From an uncultured delta proteobacterium (lineage in GTDB: Bacteria; Myxococcota_A; Polyangia; Polyangiales; Houyiibacteriaceae): a stretch of DNA of 64,000 nt. The translations under genes were made by a program, and so were the position numbers. The notes under the pieces were generated by a model that saw nothing but the letters and a program-made list of their open reading frames with translations, was not told where the DNA came from and searched no databases. This document shows positions 20,706 through 30,268 of the stretch, piece by piece. The stretch is taken from the NCBI GenBank assembly GCA_963704865.1, contig CAVPIE010000015.1, positions 260,658 through 324,657 on the forward strand, written 5' to 3'. How positions within the stretch are numbered: the first letter of the stretch is position 1; each line of letters begins with the position of its first letter.

Positions 20706-21182
20706 ATGAAGGGCAACGACGAAGTCATCACCGTGCTCAACGAGGTGCTCACCTCGGAGCTGACGGCCATCAACCAGTACTTCATTCACTCGAAGATGTG
20801 TGAAGACTGGGGTTTCCACAAGCTCGCCGCGAAAAAACGCGAAGAGTCGATCGAGGAGATGAAGCACGCCGACATCATCATCGCCCGAATTCTCTTCCTC
20901 GAAGGCGTTCCCAACATGCAGCGCTACTTTCCGGTCAAGGTTGGCGAGGATGCCATCGAGCAGCACCGGCTCGATCTCGAGGTCGAGTACGACGCGGTGA
21001 AGCGGCTGAATGCCGGCATCGCCACCTGCGTGGAAAAGCGTGACAACGGTACACGCGACCTTCTCGAAATGATTCTTCAGGAGGAAGAAGCGGGCATCGA
21101 CTGGCTCGAAGCGCAGCTCCATCTCGTCGAAATCATTGGCAAGGAGCGATACCTCTCCGAGCAGATGGGCGACGGCGCCTAG
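20706..21182 (+). CDS. bfr: Bacterioferritin
   Basis: MKG..., [22 protein letters not shown] (heme Met), ILFLEG.PN, IDWLE; 158 aa. Confidence 0.96.
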   Translation: MKGNDEVITVLNEVLTSELTAINQYFIHSKMCEDWGFHKLAAKKREESIEEMKHADIIIARILFLEGVPNMQRYFPVKVGEDAIEQHRLDLEVEYDAVKRLNAGIATCVEKRDNGTRDLLEMILQEEEAGIDWLEAQLHLVEIIGKERYLSEQMGDGA

Positions 21183-21214
21183 CCCCAGCTCCTCTGCCTG
21201 CTAAAAGCTTAGCG

Positions 21215-22864
21215 ATGAACGCGCATCCGCTCGCTGGTCAGCCCGCGCCGTCAAACGTTCTCGTCGACGTGGCAAAGCTCATCGCTGCGTACTACGAGCA
21301 AAAGCCAGACCTCGATAAGCCCAGCCACCGAGTGAGCTTTGGCACTTCCGGGCACCGGGGTTCGTCGTTTCGCCGCAGCTTCAACGAGGCTCACATCCTC
21401 GCCACGACGCAAGCGATCTGTGACTACCGCCTGGCCGAAGGGATCGACGGGCCGCTCTTCATCGGCATCGATACACACGCGCTATCGGAGCCTGCTGGCA
21501 GGACCGCGCTCGAGGTCCTCGCCGCCAACGGCGTCGAGACCTGCATGGCGCCGGAAGGTCATTTCACGCCAACGCCATCTATTTCGTTTGCGATTCTCGA
21601 ACACAACCGAAACAGCTCGCGCGACGGCGACGGTATCGTCGTCACGCCGTCCCACAATCCGCCCGAAGATGGTGGCTTCAAGTACAACCCGCCGCACGGT
21701 GGTCCCGCCGACACCGAGGTCACCTCGTGGATCGAACGCAGGGCCAATCAGCTCTTAGCTTCCGGTTTAAAGGATGTGCGACGAATTCCGTACGAGGCAG
21801 CGCTTGGCGCGGATACCACCCACCTTCACGATTTCATCACGCCCTACGTCGAAGGGCTCGAGACCGTCCTCGACATGCATGCGATTTCAAGCGCGGGGCT
21901 TCGTATCGGCGTCGACCCGATGGGCGGTGCCGGTATCGAGTACTGGCCTCGAATCGCCGAGCGCTACGATCTCCGGCTCGACATCGTGAACGATGTCATC
22001 GACCCAACGTTTTCTTTCATGACGCTCGATCGCGATGGGAAAATCCGCATGGATTGCTCTTCGCCGTATGCGATGGCGAGTTTGGTCGATCTCCGAAATC
22101 AGTACGACATCGCGTTTGGCAACGACACCGATTTCGATCGGCACGGCATCGTCACCAGCAGCTGGGGGCTTCTCAACCCGAATCATTATCTCAGCGTCGC
22201 GATCAGCTACTTGTTTACCGAGCGAAACTGGGATGAACGAGCGGCGATCGGGAAGACGCTCGTGAGCAGCGCGATGATCGACCGGGTCGCCAAAGACCTG
22301 CGCCGACGGCTTGCCGAGGTGCCCGTCGGCTTCAAGTGGTTCGTGCAGGGCTTGCTCGACGGCTCCTACGGCTTCGGCGGAGAGGAAAGCGCAGGCGCCT
22401 CGTTCCTGCGCAAGGACGGCAGCGTTTGGACGACCGATAAGGACGGCATCCTTCTGAACCTCCTCGCCGCGGAGATCACCGCCACGACCGGCCAAGACCC
22501 AGGCGAGTGTTACCAGAGCCTCACGAGGCAGTTCGGCGCACCGGTCTACGAGCGCATCGACGCGCCCGCAACGCCGGAACAGAAAGCTGCCCTCACGGGA
22601 ATGAGCGAGTCGGATCTCGAAGCTTCGGAGCTCGCCGGCGAAACCATTAGACAAGTGCTCACCATGGCGCCGGAGAACGATGCTGCAATTGGTGGCCTCA
22701 AGGTCACGACGGAGAATGGCTGGTTCGCCGCTCGACCGTCCGGCACCGAAGACATCTACAAAATCTACGCAGAAAGCTTCGTGGGCCGCGAGCACCTCGC
22801 GTTGATTCAAAAGGAAGCCAAGGATCTCATCGGCCGGGTGTTCGAAAAGAACGCGACGGCTTGA
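21215..22864 (+). CDS. pgm: Phosphoglucomutase
   Basis: [37 protein letters not shown]. Confidence 0.97.
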   Translation: MNAHPLAGQPAPSNVLVDVAKLIAAYYEQKPDLDKPSHRVSFGTSGHRGSSFRRSFNEAHILATTQAICDYRLAEGIDGPLFIGIDTHALSEPAGRTALEVLAANGVETCMAPEGHFTPTPSISFAILEHNRNSSRDGDGIVVTPSHNPPEDGGFKYNPPHGGPADTEVTSWIERRANQLLASGLKDVRRIPYEAALGADTTHLHDFITPYVEGLETVLDMHAISSAGLRIGVDPMGGAGIEYWPRIAERYDLRLDIVNDVIDPTFSFMTLDRDGKIRMDCSSPYAMASLVDLRNQYDIAFGNDTDFDRHGIVTSSWGLLNPNHYLSVAISYLFTERNWDERAAIGKTLVSSAMIDRVAKDLRRRLAEVPVGFKWFVQGLLDGSYGFGGEESAGASFLRKDGSVWTTDKDGILLNLLAAEITATTGQDPGECYQSLTRQFGAPVYERIDAPATPEQKAALTGMSESDLEASELAGETIRQVLTMAPENDAAIGGLKVTTENGWFAARPSGTEDIYKIYAESFVGREHLALIQKEAKDLIGRVFEKNATA

Positions 22865-22896
22865 GGGGCTAGCCCAATCGTGTCTAACTCCGCCGC

Positions 22897-23877
22897 GTGT
22901 TAGCCCTCGTAACCGGTGGAGGCGGCCGTCTCGGCAATGTCTTGGTTCGAACGCTCCTCGAGCGAGGGCAACAGGTGAGGGTTTTGGAGCCAGGTTCCTT
23001 GCCCGAGTCCCTGACCGACCTCGATATCGATTTCTTGTCAGGCTCGGTGCTCGATGCAGCGGACGTCGCCCGCGCCGTGGATGGCGTGGACGTTGTCTAT
23101 CACCTCGCCGCGAAGATTGACCTCAGCCCCAAAAAAGACCCGATGATGTACAGCATCAACGTCGACGGGACGCGAAAGGTCGTCGACGCTTGTCTGGCTC
23201 GCAATCTCAGGTTGGTTCACACGAGCTCCCACCATGCGCTCGTGCGCGAGCCGCTCGATCAGCCGCTCACCGAAGAGAAACCGCTCGCACTCGACGAGAA
23301 GTGTGAATATCACCGCTCCAAAGCCATCGGCGAAACGATCGTCCTCGACGCCTGTGAGCGCGGGCTCGACGCGCTCATCGTGAACCCCGGGTCGATGATC
23401 GGCCCGCACGACTACGAGCCGTCCATGATCGGTGCAGCGCTCATCGACATGTACTTCGGCCGCGTCCCCGTCTTGCTCGACCTGCTGAGCGACTACGTCG
23501 ATGTGCGAGACGTTGCCGACGGCATGATCGCGGCTTCGGAGAGGGGCCGGCGCGGGGAGCGCTACTTCCTCACCGGCGACGTCATTCCCATCATGCAAAT
23601 GGTGTCGCTCTATGGAGAGCTCACAGGCGCCAAGGTTCCGACGCGCGCGTTGCCGCTGTGGGTAGGTTGGGCCTTGCTGCCATTCTCGCTGCTCGGTAGC
23701 GCCATTACCAAGAAGCAGCCGTTCCTCACGGCCGACATGCTCAGGGCCAGCGTTTCGAATGAAGTGGTCTCGCACGACAAGGCGCATCGCGAGCTCGGGT
23801 ACACGATTCGTACGCTCCGCGAGTCGCTCACCGATGCGGTCGCTTGGTACCGGAAACGGGGCTGGCTCCTCGTATGA
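22897..23877 (+). CDS. NAD-dependent epimerase/dehydratase (dihydroflavonol-reductase/HpnA-like)
   Basis: VTGGGGRLG, YHLAA, HTSS, YHRSK (YxxxK), VDVRDVA, GERY. Confidence 0.88.
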   Translation: MLALVTGGGGRLGNVLVRTLLERGQQVRVLEPGSLPESLTDLDIDFLSGSVLDAADVARAVDGVDVVYHLAAKIDLSPKKDPMMYSINVDGTRKVVDACLARNLRLVHTSSHHALVREPLDQPLTEEKPLALDEKCEYHRSKAIGETIVLDACERGLDALIVNPGSMIGPHDYEPSMIGAALIDMYFGRVPVLLDLLSDYVDVRDVADGMIAASERGRRGERYFLTGDVIPIMQMVSLYGELTGAKVPTRALPLWVGWALLPFSLLGSAITKKQPFLTADMLRASVSNEVVSHDKAHRELGYTIRTLRESLTDAVAWYRKRGWLLV

Positions 23878-23925
23878 AGTGGGTTTCGCCGTTGACATGC
23901 GGCTCGTGCTACACATGAATCAGCC

Positions 23926-24819
23926 ATGAGCGGAAGAGAGCCCAAGCGCCATCAAGACCTCGAGGACGTGATCGACGTGATCGCTGGGTCTTACAACGGC
24001 GACGAGGAAATCAACAACCTCGATAGCGCCGCCCTTCCAAACAAGCGCGCGGTCGTCACGGCTTTCAATCACATCACGCCCGTGCTCTACATGGGTTTCT
24101 ACACCACCCGTGCTCTCAACCGGACCAATCTCCGCTACGCGATCAGCGAGCACCTCTACCCGGCCCAAGACATACTGGTCGAGCAGATCGATCGCGCGAT
24201 TCGCTACCAAGAGCGCATGGGGCAGGTGTCCGACAAGAAGCCCGAAGGCTGGAGCGAAGATGTCGTCTTACGTCTCTTCCAGAAAATCCCCGAGCTTCGG
24301 CGTGTCCTCAATACCGACATTCGAGCGGCGTACGACGGAGATCCGGCTGCCGCCAGCATCGAAGAGGTGATTTTCAGCTACCCGAGCGTGCAGGCCATCA
24401 CTGCGTATCGCGTCGCCCACGAGCTCTGCATGTCCAACGTTCCCATGATTCCCCGAATCATCACGGAGCACGCGCACAGCAAGTCCGGCATCGACATCAA
24501 CCCCTGCGCGCAGATTGGCGAGAGCTTTTTCATCGACCACGGCACCGGGGTGGTCATCGGTGCAACCGCCGTCATCGGCCGCAACGTAAAACTTTACCAG
24601 GGCGTGACCCTAGGCGCTCTCAGCGTTGCTTGGGACGAGGCGCGCGGATGCCATGCCACGAAGCGGCACCCGACCATCGAAGATGACGTGACGATCTACG
24701 CCGGCGCCTCCATTCACGGTGGCGACACCATCATCGGGAAAGGTTCGGTGATCGGTGGCAACGTCTGGCTCACCAAATCCGTTCCGCCCGGGTCGAAGAT
24801 TTTCGGCCGCGCAAAGTAG
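23926..24819 (+). CDS. cysE: Serine O-acetyltransferase
   Basis: GDPAA, SYP, GIDINP.AQIG..FFIDHGTGVVIG, YQGVTLG, KRHPT. Confidence 0.93.
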   Translation: MSGREPKRHQDLEDVIDVIAGSYNGDEEINNLDSAALPNKRAVVTAFNHITPVLYMGFYTTRALNRTNLRYAISEHLYPAQDILVEQIDRAIRYQERMGQVSDKKPEGWSEDVVLRLFQKIPELRRVLNTDIRAAYDGDPAAASIEEVIFSYPSVQAITAYRVAHELCMSNVPMIPRIITEHAHSKSGIDINPCAQIGESFFIDHGTGVVIGATAVIGRNVKLYQGVTLGALSVAWDEARGCHATKRHPTIEDDVTIYAGASIHGGDTIIGKGSVIGGNVWLTKSVPPGSKIFGRAK

Positions 24820-24832
24820 CGAATCGGGCCAG

Positions 24833-25072
24833 TTAGCCGGCTTCGCCGAGCTTCTCTTTGACCTTGTCGTAGACCGCTTTGAGGTTGGTTAGTTCGCTGA
24901 GCTCGTCTTCACCGATGGTGATCTCGTAGTCCTTCTCGACATCTGCAACGATCTCGATCGCCATCATGCTGTCGATTCCCAAGTCCGCGAACAGCGTATC
25001 CTCGGGGATATCCTCGACTTCCGTCACCTCGGTGATGATCTGCCTCAGCTCGTTTTTAAGCTTGTCCGACAT
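24833..25072 (-). CDS. Acyl carrier protein
   Basis: 79 aa, acidic, DLGIDSM phosphopantetheine motif. Confidence 0.93.
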   Translation of the reverse strand: MSDKLKNELRQIITEVTEVEDIPEDTLFADLGIDSMMAIEIVADVEKDYEITIGEDELSELTNLKAVYDKVKEKLGEAG

Positions 25073-25189
25073 GCCGCCCGTATATGCTTGCCTTCCCCAA
25101 CAGCGTCAAGCATTTGAAAACTGGCCGATCGGCCTGTTTCGAATGTGGTATGGAACCGAAATTACGGTACATTTGGGCCCGCAGGTCAT

Positions 25190-26407
25190 ATGAGCTGGAT
25201 TACCGAAAAGGCGCACGCCGAGTTAGCGCGCGTGCGCGACGCGCAAGCCAAGAAGATCTATCCGTATTTCCGCCCGTTCGAGTCGGGAGGGCTGCACACG
25301 ACGATCGCCGGGAAGCCAATCGTCAACTTCAGCTCCAACGACTACCTCGGCCTGACGACCCATCCAAACGTCAAGGAGGCCGCCAAGGCCGTCATCGATC
25401 AGTTCGCCTGCGGACTCAGCTCATCGCGTGTTCAGGCCACCGCAACCTTGCATGTCGAGCTCGAGAAGCGACTGGCCGCCTGGTTCGGATTCGAGAAGTC
25501 GTTGATCTTCACGACTGGCTATCAGGCGATGGTCGGCACGATCATGTCGCTGGCCGACAAAGACACCACGGTGGTCCTCGACAACTTGAGCCACGCGTGC
25601 ATCCTCGACGGCACGTTTTTGGCGGCCGGAACGCCGATGCGCGCGCCCGAGGTTCGCTTCTTCAATCACAACAGCGCCAAGGCGCTCGATCGCGTCCTGA
25701 GGAAACGGGACCGCAAGAACGCACTGGTCCTGATCGAGGGCATCTACTCGCTCGATGGCGATGAGGCCAATATTCAGGAGTTCATCGACGTCTGCGCCCA
25801 GCACGAGAATGTCGCGATCGTCTGTGATGATGCGCACGGCACCGGCACGCTCGGCGCCGGAGGCCGAGGCATCATCGAGAAGTACGGCCTCGAAGGACAG
25901 ATCCCGGTTGTCATCAGTACCTTTTCGAAGACCTTTGGGGGCATTGGCGGGATTCTCCTCGGCGAGGCCGACGTCGTCGACTTCATCAAGCACACGGCAC
26001 GCTCGTTCCTGTTTAGCGCATCGTTGCCCGTGCCCATCGTGGCTGCAGCCGCTGCGATACTCGACATGCTCGAGGCCGACGGCGAGGCCCTGGTCAGCGA
26101 GCTGCACGAGAAGGCGGCGTACATGCGCAAGGGCCTCACCGAGATCGGCTTCGACCTCGGCGAAAGCAATACCCACATCATGCCGATCATGATTCGCGAT
26201 GAAACCAAGGCCATGATGACGCACGTGGGTCTCTTCGAGAATGGCGTGCTGATGGTGCCGATCATGTACCCGGCCGTGAAAGAAGGCGAAGAGCGCCTCC
26301 GATTGAACGTGACCCGCGGCCACACGTACGAGGACATGGACATGGCGCTGGACCTGCTGCGCACGTTCGCCGATTCGTTCTCGCTAGTTGGCGACGCCTC
26401 GAAGTAG
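25190..26407 (+). CDS. Alpha-oxoamine synthase, serine palmitoyltransferase-like (BioF/Kbl not excluded)
   Basis: IYPYFR, SNDYLGL, TTGYQA, HACILDG, FNHN, DDAHG, STFSKTFG (PLP Lys), RLRL; divergent from an ACP gene. Confidence 0.85.
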   Translation: MSWITEKAHAELARVRDAQAKKIYPYFRPFESGGLHTTIAGKPIVNFSSNDYLGLTTHPNVKEAAKAVIDQFACGLSSSRVQATATLHVELEKRLAAWFGFEKSLIFTTGYQAMVGTIMSLADKDTTVVLDNLSHACILDGTFLAAGTPMRAPEVRFFNHNSAKALDRVLRKRDRKNALVLIEGIYSLDGDEANIQEFIDVCAQHENVAIVCDDAHGTGTLGAGGRGIIEKYGLEGQIPVVISTFSKTFGGIGGILLGEADVVDFIKHTARSFLFSASLPVPIVAAAAAILDMLEADGEALVSELHEKAAYMRKGLTEIGFDLGESNTHIMPIMIRDETKAMMTHVGLFENGVLMVPIMYPAVKEGEERLRLNVTRGHTYEDMDMALDLLRTFADSFSLVGDASK

Positions 26408-26438
26408 CCCCGATCGAGCAACGGTCAACCACACAACC

Positions 26439-26556
26439 GGAGAACGGCTCGCGACGGGCGTGCTCGGGATTGGGACCCACTCGCCCCCTATTCCTTAATA
26501 CGGCCCACGGCTAGGCTCGACCCAATCCCTGTGCTGCCCATCCCGAGCCGTTCTCC
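26439..26556. repeat. 118-bp fold-back element with 36-nt imperfect inverted arms
   Basis: Arm GGAGAACGGCTCG...GGGATTGGG (26439-26474) pairs with CCCAATCCC...CGAGCCGTTCTCC (26521-26556). Confidence 0.85.
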
Positions 26557-26611
26557 TATTGAATGGATATGGATTCAGGGGTGCGGCGGAACGCGACGCG
26601 GGGGTTCGGCG

Positions 26612-27217
26612 GACGCGGCGGATCCTGGCGCGGTGCAGGCCCTCTCCGCGGAGGTAGGGGATCGTTTTCCAGCGATGAACGTGCTGGTGAACAACGCGGG
26701 TGTGATGATCCCGAGAAACCATACGGGGCCCGCCGACGATCTCGTTTCGTTGACCGCCGAGCTCGATGTCAACCTGGCGGGTCCGATACGCATGGTGTCA
26801 GTGCTCATCGATCGGCTCAAAGCCAACCGAGGGACCATCATCAATGTGTCTTCGGGCCTAGCGTTCGTGCCGCTACAGCTCAGCCCCATCTACTGCGCCA
26901 CCAAAGCTGCGCTTCACTCGTACACGATCTCTCTGCGCCAGCAGCTGAAGGACGAAGGGGTCGAGGTGATCGAGCTCATGCCTCCTGCGGTGCACACCGA
27001 GTTGACTGCGGACATGCCCGAGGATGGAGACTTCAAGATCCTAACGACCGCCCAGCTCATGGAGGAAACCTTCAAGGGCCTTCGCGCCGGCCGCCCCGAG
27101 ATCCGTCCGGGCCAGGCCAACCAGCTCTACTGGATGTCACGCATCGCCCCCGGCTTCATCAACGCCCAACTCGAAAAGGGCTCCAAGTCGATGGTGCCGC
27201 CTCTGGACTCGCACTAA
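26612..27217 (+). pseudogene. 5'-truncated DltE-like short-chain dehydrogenase
   Basis: Retains VLVNNAG, NVSSGLAF, YCATK and ELMPP. The N-terminal TGxxxGxG Rossmann segment is missing and repeat DNA lies in its place. Confidence 0.7.
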
Positions 27218-27230
27218 ACAAAGTCCCCTT

Positions 27231-27266
27231 AAACGAAACGGGCCCCAAGCTTTCGCTCGGGGCCCG
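27231..27266 (-). terminator. Rho-independent terminator of the OmpA-family gene (possibly bidirectional)
   Basis: Stem CGGGCCCC/GGGGCCCG followed on the minus strand by TTTCGTTT; sits between convergent genes. Confidence 0.75.
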
Positions 27267-27288
27267 CCCAGTGTGTCGGCCGAAGAAC

Positions 27289-29001
27289 TTACTTCTTCGG
27301 TACGATGTGGAACTCGACTCTGCGGTTCATCGCCTGCTCTTCCTTGGACGTGGCGTCCGGTACGAGCGGCTTCTTCGGCCCGAAGCCCTGTGCAACCAGG
27401 CGTGACCTGCTGACCTGGCCTCTGCCGACGAGGTAGCGCACCACGGTGTTCGCCCGCTTCTTCGACAGAATCATGTTGTACTTGAGGCTGCCCGTCTTGT
27501 CCGTGTGACCTTCGACTCGGATCTTCTTGATCTCCGGGTGAGCGATCAACACTGCCGCGACGTTGTCGAGGAGTGCCCAGGAGCGCTTCTGTAGCTTGGC
27601 GCTTCCGGACTTGAAGTAGACCTTTTCGAGAATCTCGAGCCTCCCCGCACCGATGACGACGAGCTGCTTCCCTTGGCAGCCCTGATTCTCCACCGTGCCG
27701 GGATCGTCTGGGCAGTTGTCGATGCGGTCGGGGACGCCGTCGCCATCTCGATCCGGGTCTGGACAGCCGTTGTTCTCGGGTGCTCCCGCGTCGTTCGGAC
27801 ACTGGTCGTCCGCGTCGAGAATGCCGTCACCATCGTTGTCCGGGTCCGGACAGCCGTTCTTGTCTTCGAAGCCGTCGATGTCTTCGGCCTCGTCGGGACA
27901 CTTGTCGTTGGCGTCGGAAATGCCGTCTCCGTCGTTATCCAAGTCCGGACAACCGTCCTTGTCCTGGAAGCCGTCGTCGTCTTCCGCCTCGGTCGGGCAC
28001 TGGTCGAGCTCGTCCGGGATTCCGTCTCCGTCAGCGTCCGGCGCCTTCGTGTCCGCCGGCATCGTGTAGCCGAGCATGGCGAAGACGCGCCAATCGGGCG
28101 CCCCGTATCCGGCCGTAACACCGGCGCTGCCGCCCACGCCGAGCGTGAACCCAAAGTCCGGAAGCCACTTGAAGCCACCGAGCACCTCGACCGGGGTCTC
28201 GTTCTTCGACCACATGTTTATAGTGGGATTCGCGGCGGTTCGGCCGAAAACCTCGCCTGAGATCATGAAATGGTCGTCGCCCAGCATGATTAAGACACCG
28301 CCGCCGTACGTGAACTCGTTTCCGACGAAGTACGGTGTGGTGGCACTGCCAACGAGACGCTCGGGGCCGATCTTGTAGCCTGCTTGGATGGGAATCCGCA
28401 CGTAGTCGCCCGCGTTGAAGTTGAGAAGGAGCTCGAACCAGCCGCCCAGGTAGGGCGTCTGGTCGGCCTGACCCGCGAAGGACTGCCGGCTGCTGGCCAG
28501 CGAGGCGGTGTTGATCGTGAGCGTAGCCTGTGCCCCGATCTGGAAGACGTCGTCTCGCGTTCCGAAGAAGTTGAATCGACCGCCGAAGTAGAGATCACCG
28601 AGGTTCGAAGGCTTCATATTGGCCGGCGTGGGAGGGGTACTGACCCCGTCCCCTTCCTGGATGATGAAGTGGTAGGGCATGTCCACGTAGAGCACGATCC
28701 GATCCGCCAGACCGATGTTCAACATCAGGTGCCCGGTCATCTGCTGATGAACGACCTTCTGGCCATCGACCACGAGCGGATCATCGGAGTAGTCGAGCCA
28801 GACCTGGAAACCGAAGCGCGCATGGCCTTGGCCGTCGGGCGTGCTGGACGCGAAGCCGTCCGTCGCGAGCTCGGCCGGGCGGAACTGATTGAGGTCGATC
28901 TGAGCACCTTGTGCGGCGGCGCCCGAAGACCCCCCCATCGTCAAAGCCGCAAAAATCAGAACCCAACCCCAGTTGAACTTCCTTGGGTTATTCGTCTCCA
29001 T
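27289..29001 (-). CDS. OmpA-family outer-membrane protein: beta-barrel, TSP type-3 Ca-binding repeats and OmpA_C (TraB-like architecture)
   Basis: Signal peptide after METNN; tandem DxDxDG[IV]xDxxDxCP repeats; VYF..G, IRVEGHTD, LSKKRA, GFG...P, NRRVEF. Confidence 0.92.
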   Translation of the reverse strand: METNNPRKFNWGWVLIFAALTMGGSSGAAAQGAQIDLNQFRPAELATDGFASSTPDGQGHARFGFQVWLDYSDDPLVVDGQKVVHQQMTGHLMLNIGLADRIVLYVDMPYHFIIQEGDGVSTPPTPANMKPSNLGDLYFGGRFNFFGTRDDVFQIGAQATLTINTASLASSRQSFAGQADQTPYLGGWFELLLNFNAGDYVRIPIQAGYKIGPERLVGSATTPYFVGNEFTYGGGVLIMLGDDHFMISGEVFGRTAANPTINMWSKNETPVEVLGGFKWLPDFGFTLGVGGSAGVTAGYGAPDWRVFAMLGYTMPADTKAPDADGDGIPDELDQCPTEAEDDDGFQDKDGCPDLDNDGDGISDANDKCPDEAEDIDGFEDKNGCPDPDNDGDGILDADDQCPNDAGAPENNGCPDPDRDGDGVPDRIDNCPDDPGTVENQGCQGKQLVVIGAGRLEILEKVYFKSGSAKLQKRSWALLDNVAAVLIAHPEIKKIRVEGHTDKTGSLKYNMILSKKRANTVVRYLVGRGQVSRSRLVAQGFGPKKPLVPDATSKEEQAMNRRVEFHIVPKK

Positions 29002-29179
29002 CACGCTCTCCCTCCCATTCCCCGTCTGCAAGCCGCCAAAGCGCCTGCGAGCGACACCTTTTGTACCATTTTTCGGGGAAAAAGGAAAAAGGGAGGGCAG
29101 CGTCAGTTTAGTTACACCGCCCGCCCGGACGCCTTCCGCGGTCGGCGAGTCCCGCCCCACCACCCCCACACTATCGCCT

Positions 29180-29274
29180 ACCCCCACCGGTAGTCCTCCC
29201 TGGCGCGGCATTCGCTTTGCTCCGCCTTGCCGGCGCGTCGCGCCGGGCTTGGCCCTTCAGGCTCGCGCTGCCGC
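29180..29274. repeat. 95-nt intergenic REP-like repeat, copy A
   Basis: 87/95 identical to copy B by manual count, offset exactly 160 nt; internal hairpins. Confidence 0.9.
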
Positions 29275-29339
29275 GGGTGTTTGGGGGGCGGGGGTGTTGG
29301 GTGGGTTGCGTGATACGGCTTGCTTGCACCGCCCCGCCC

Positions 29340-29434
29340 ACCCCCACCCGTAATCCTCCCTGGCGCGGCATTCGCGTCGCTCTGCCTTGCCGGCGCTTCG
29401 CGCCGGGCTTCGCCCTTCGGGCTCGCGCTGCCGC
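29340..29434. repeat. 95-nt intergenic REP-like repeat, copy B
   Basis: Hairpins CCGGCGC-TTC-GCGCCGG, GGGC-TTC-GCCC and GCCC-TTC-GGGC. Confidence 0.9.
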
Positions 29435-29492
29435 CTGCTGTCTTAGGGGGGTGTTTCGGTGCCGCTCTTATCCACAAATGAATATGAATGGA

Positions 29493-29682
29493 GGGGCGCG
29501 GAAAAAGTCGCGATATGGGGCGGAGTCGACGTGTGAGTGACAATCGGCAAGACAGCAACCACCCCCGATTGGCGCGAGCTCCGAGGGGCGGCTTGCGTGG
29601 CCCCAGGCTCCCAGCCCCTCCGGCCACCTTTGCAAGCCGCCCCGTTCGACGCAGCCCCGTGTCGTGCCTTTTTCCGCGCCCC
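29493..29682 (+). other. 190-nt highly structured non-coding element (candidate ncRNA or MITE)
   Basis: 37-bp closing stem 29493-29529/29646-29682 enclosing two internal hairpins. Confidence 0.6.
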
Positions 29683-29745
29683 GCTATGAAGCCGCCCCAT
29701 CGCCAGTGCCGGCGCTCGCGCGCACCTTGGTGTCGGGATTGATCC

Positions 29746-30210
29746 CTACTTCTTGGGGAAGTAGAGGCTCACGGTCTCTGCGATGCACGCCGGCCTCTCT
29801 TCGCCTTCGACTTCGACGGTCACGCGCACCACTGAAAGGATGCCACCCTTCGCCTCGTCGACTGAAACGACCTCGGCGCCTCCGCGAATGCGGGAGCCGA
29901 CCTTCACAGGGGCGGGGAAGCGAACTTTGTTCGTGCCGTAGTTCACCGCGAACTCGAAGCCCCGGACCTCGAAGATCTCGGGCATGAAGGAGCTCACGAG
30001 CGAGAGCGTCAGGTAGCCGTGCGCGATCGTTGCTCCGAACGGCCCGGCCTTTGCGCGCTCGACGTCGACATGAATCCACTGATGGTCGTTGGTCGCATCC
30101 GCAAACTTGTCGACGCGATCCTGCTCCATGGTCAGCCAGCCGCTGTAGCCCAAGTGCTTGCCGACGGCATCCTTGAGGTCGTGGGGGGATTCGAAGATGG
30201 TTGCAGCCAT
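29746..30210 (-). CDS. MaoC-family (R)-specific enoyl-CoA hydratase/dehydratase
   Basis: FADATNDHQWIHVD, GPFGATIAHG, NYG..KVRFPAPV. Confidence 0.93.
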   Translation of the reverse strand: MAATIFESPHDLKDAVGKHLGYSGWLTMEQDRVDKFADATNDHQWIHVDVERAKAGPFGATIAHGYLTLSLVSSFMPEIFEVRGFEFAVNYGTNKVRFPAPVKVGSRIRGGAEVVSVDEAKGGILSVVRVTVEVEGEERPACIAETVSLYFPKK

Positions 30211-30268
30211 GGGGCTGGAGGATACCCTCATTCAGTCTCAGTGCCAGAGTTGGTTACACCGCCCGCCC

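Noticed and set aside
23892-23920. Sigma70 promoter for cysE based on TTGACA
   Set aside because: No convincing -10 hexamer at 16-18 nt spacing.
27680-28040. DNA tandem repeats or diversity-generating region in the OmpA gene
   Set aside because: Explained by coding TSP type-3 repeats; no reverse transcriptase is present.
29468-29476. oriC suggested by the perfect DnaA box TTATCCACA
   Set aside because: Only one box was seen, with no extended AT-rich unwinding region and no dnaA/dnaN/gidA context.
29002-29742. ORFs over the repeat region, including the 70-aa N-terminal extension of the OmpA ORF to 29211
   Set aside because: They are translations of the repeats (MPRQGGL occurs twice). The signal peptide begins after Met at 29001.
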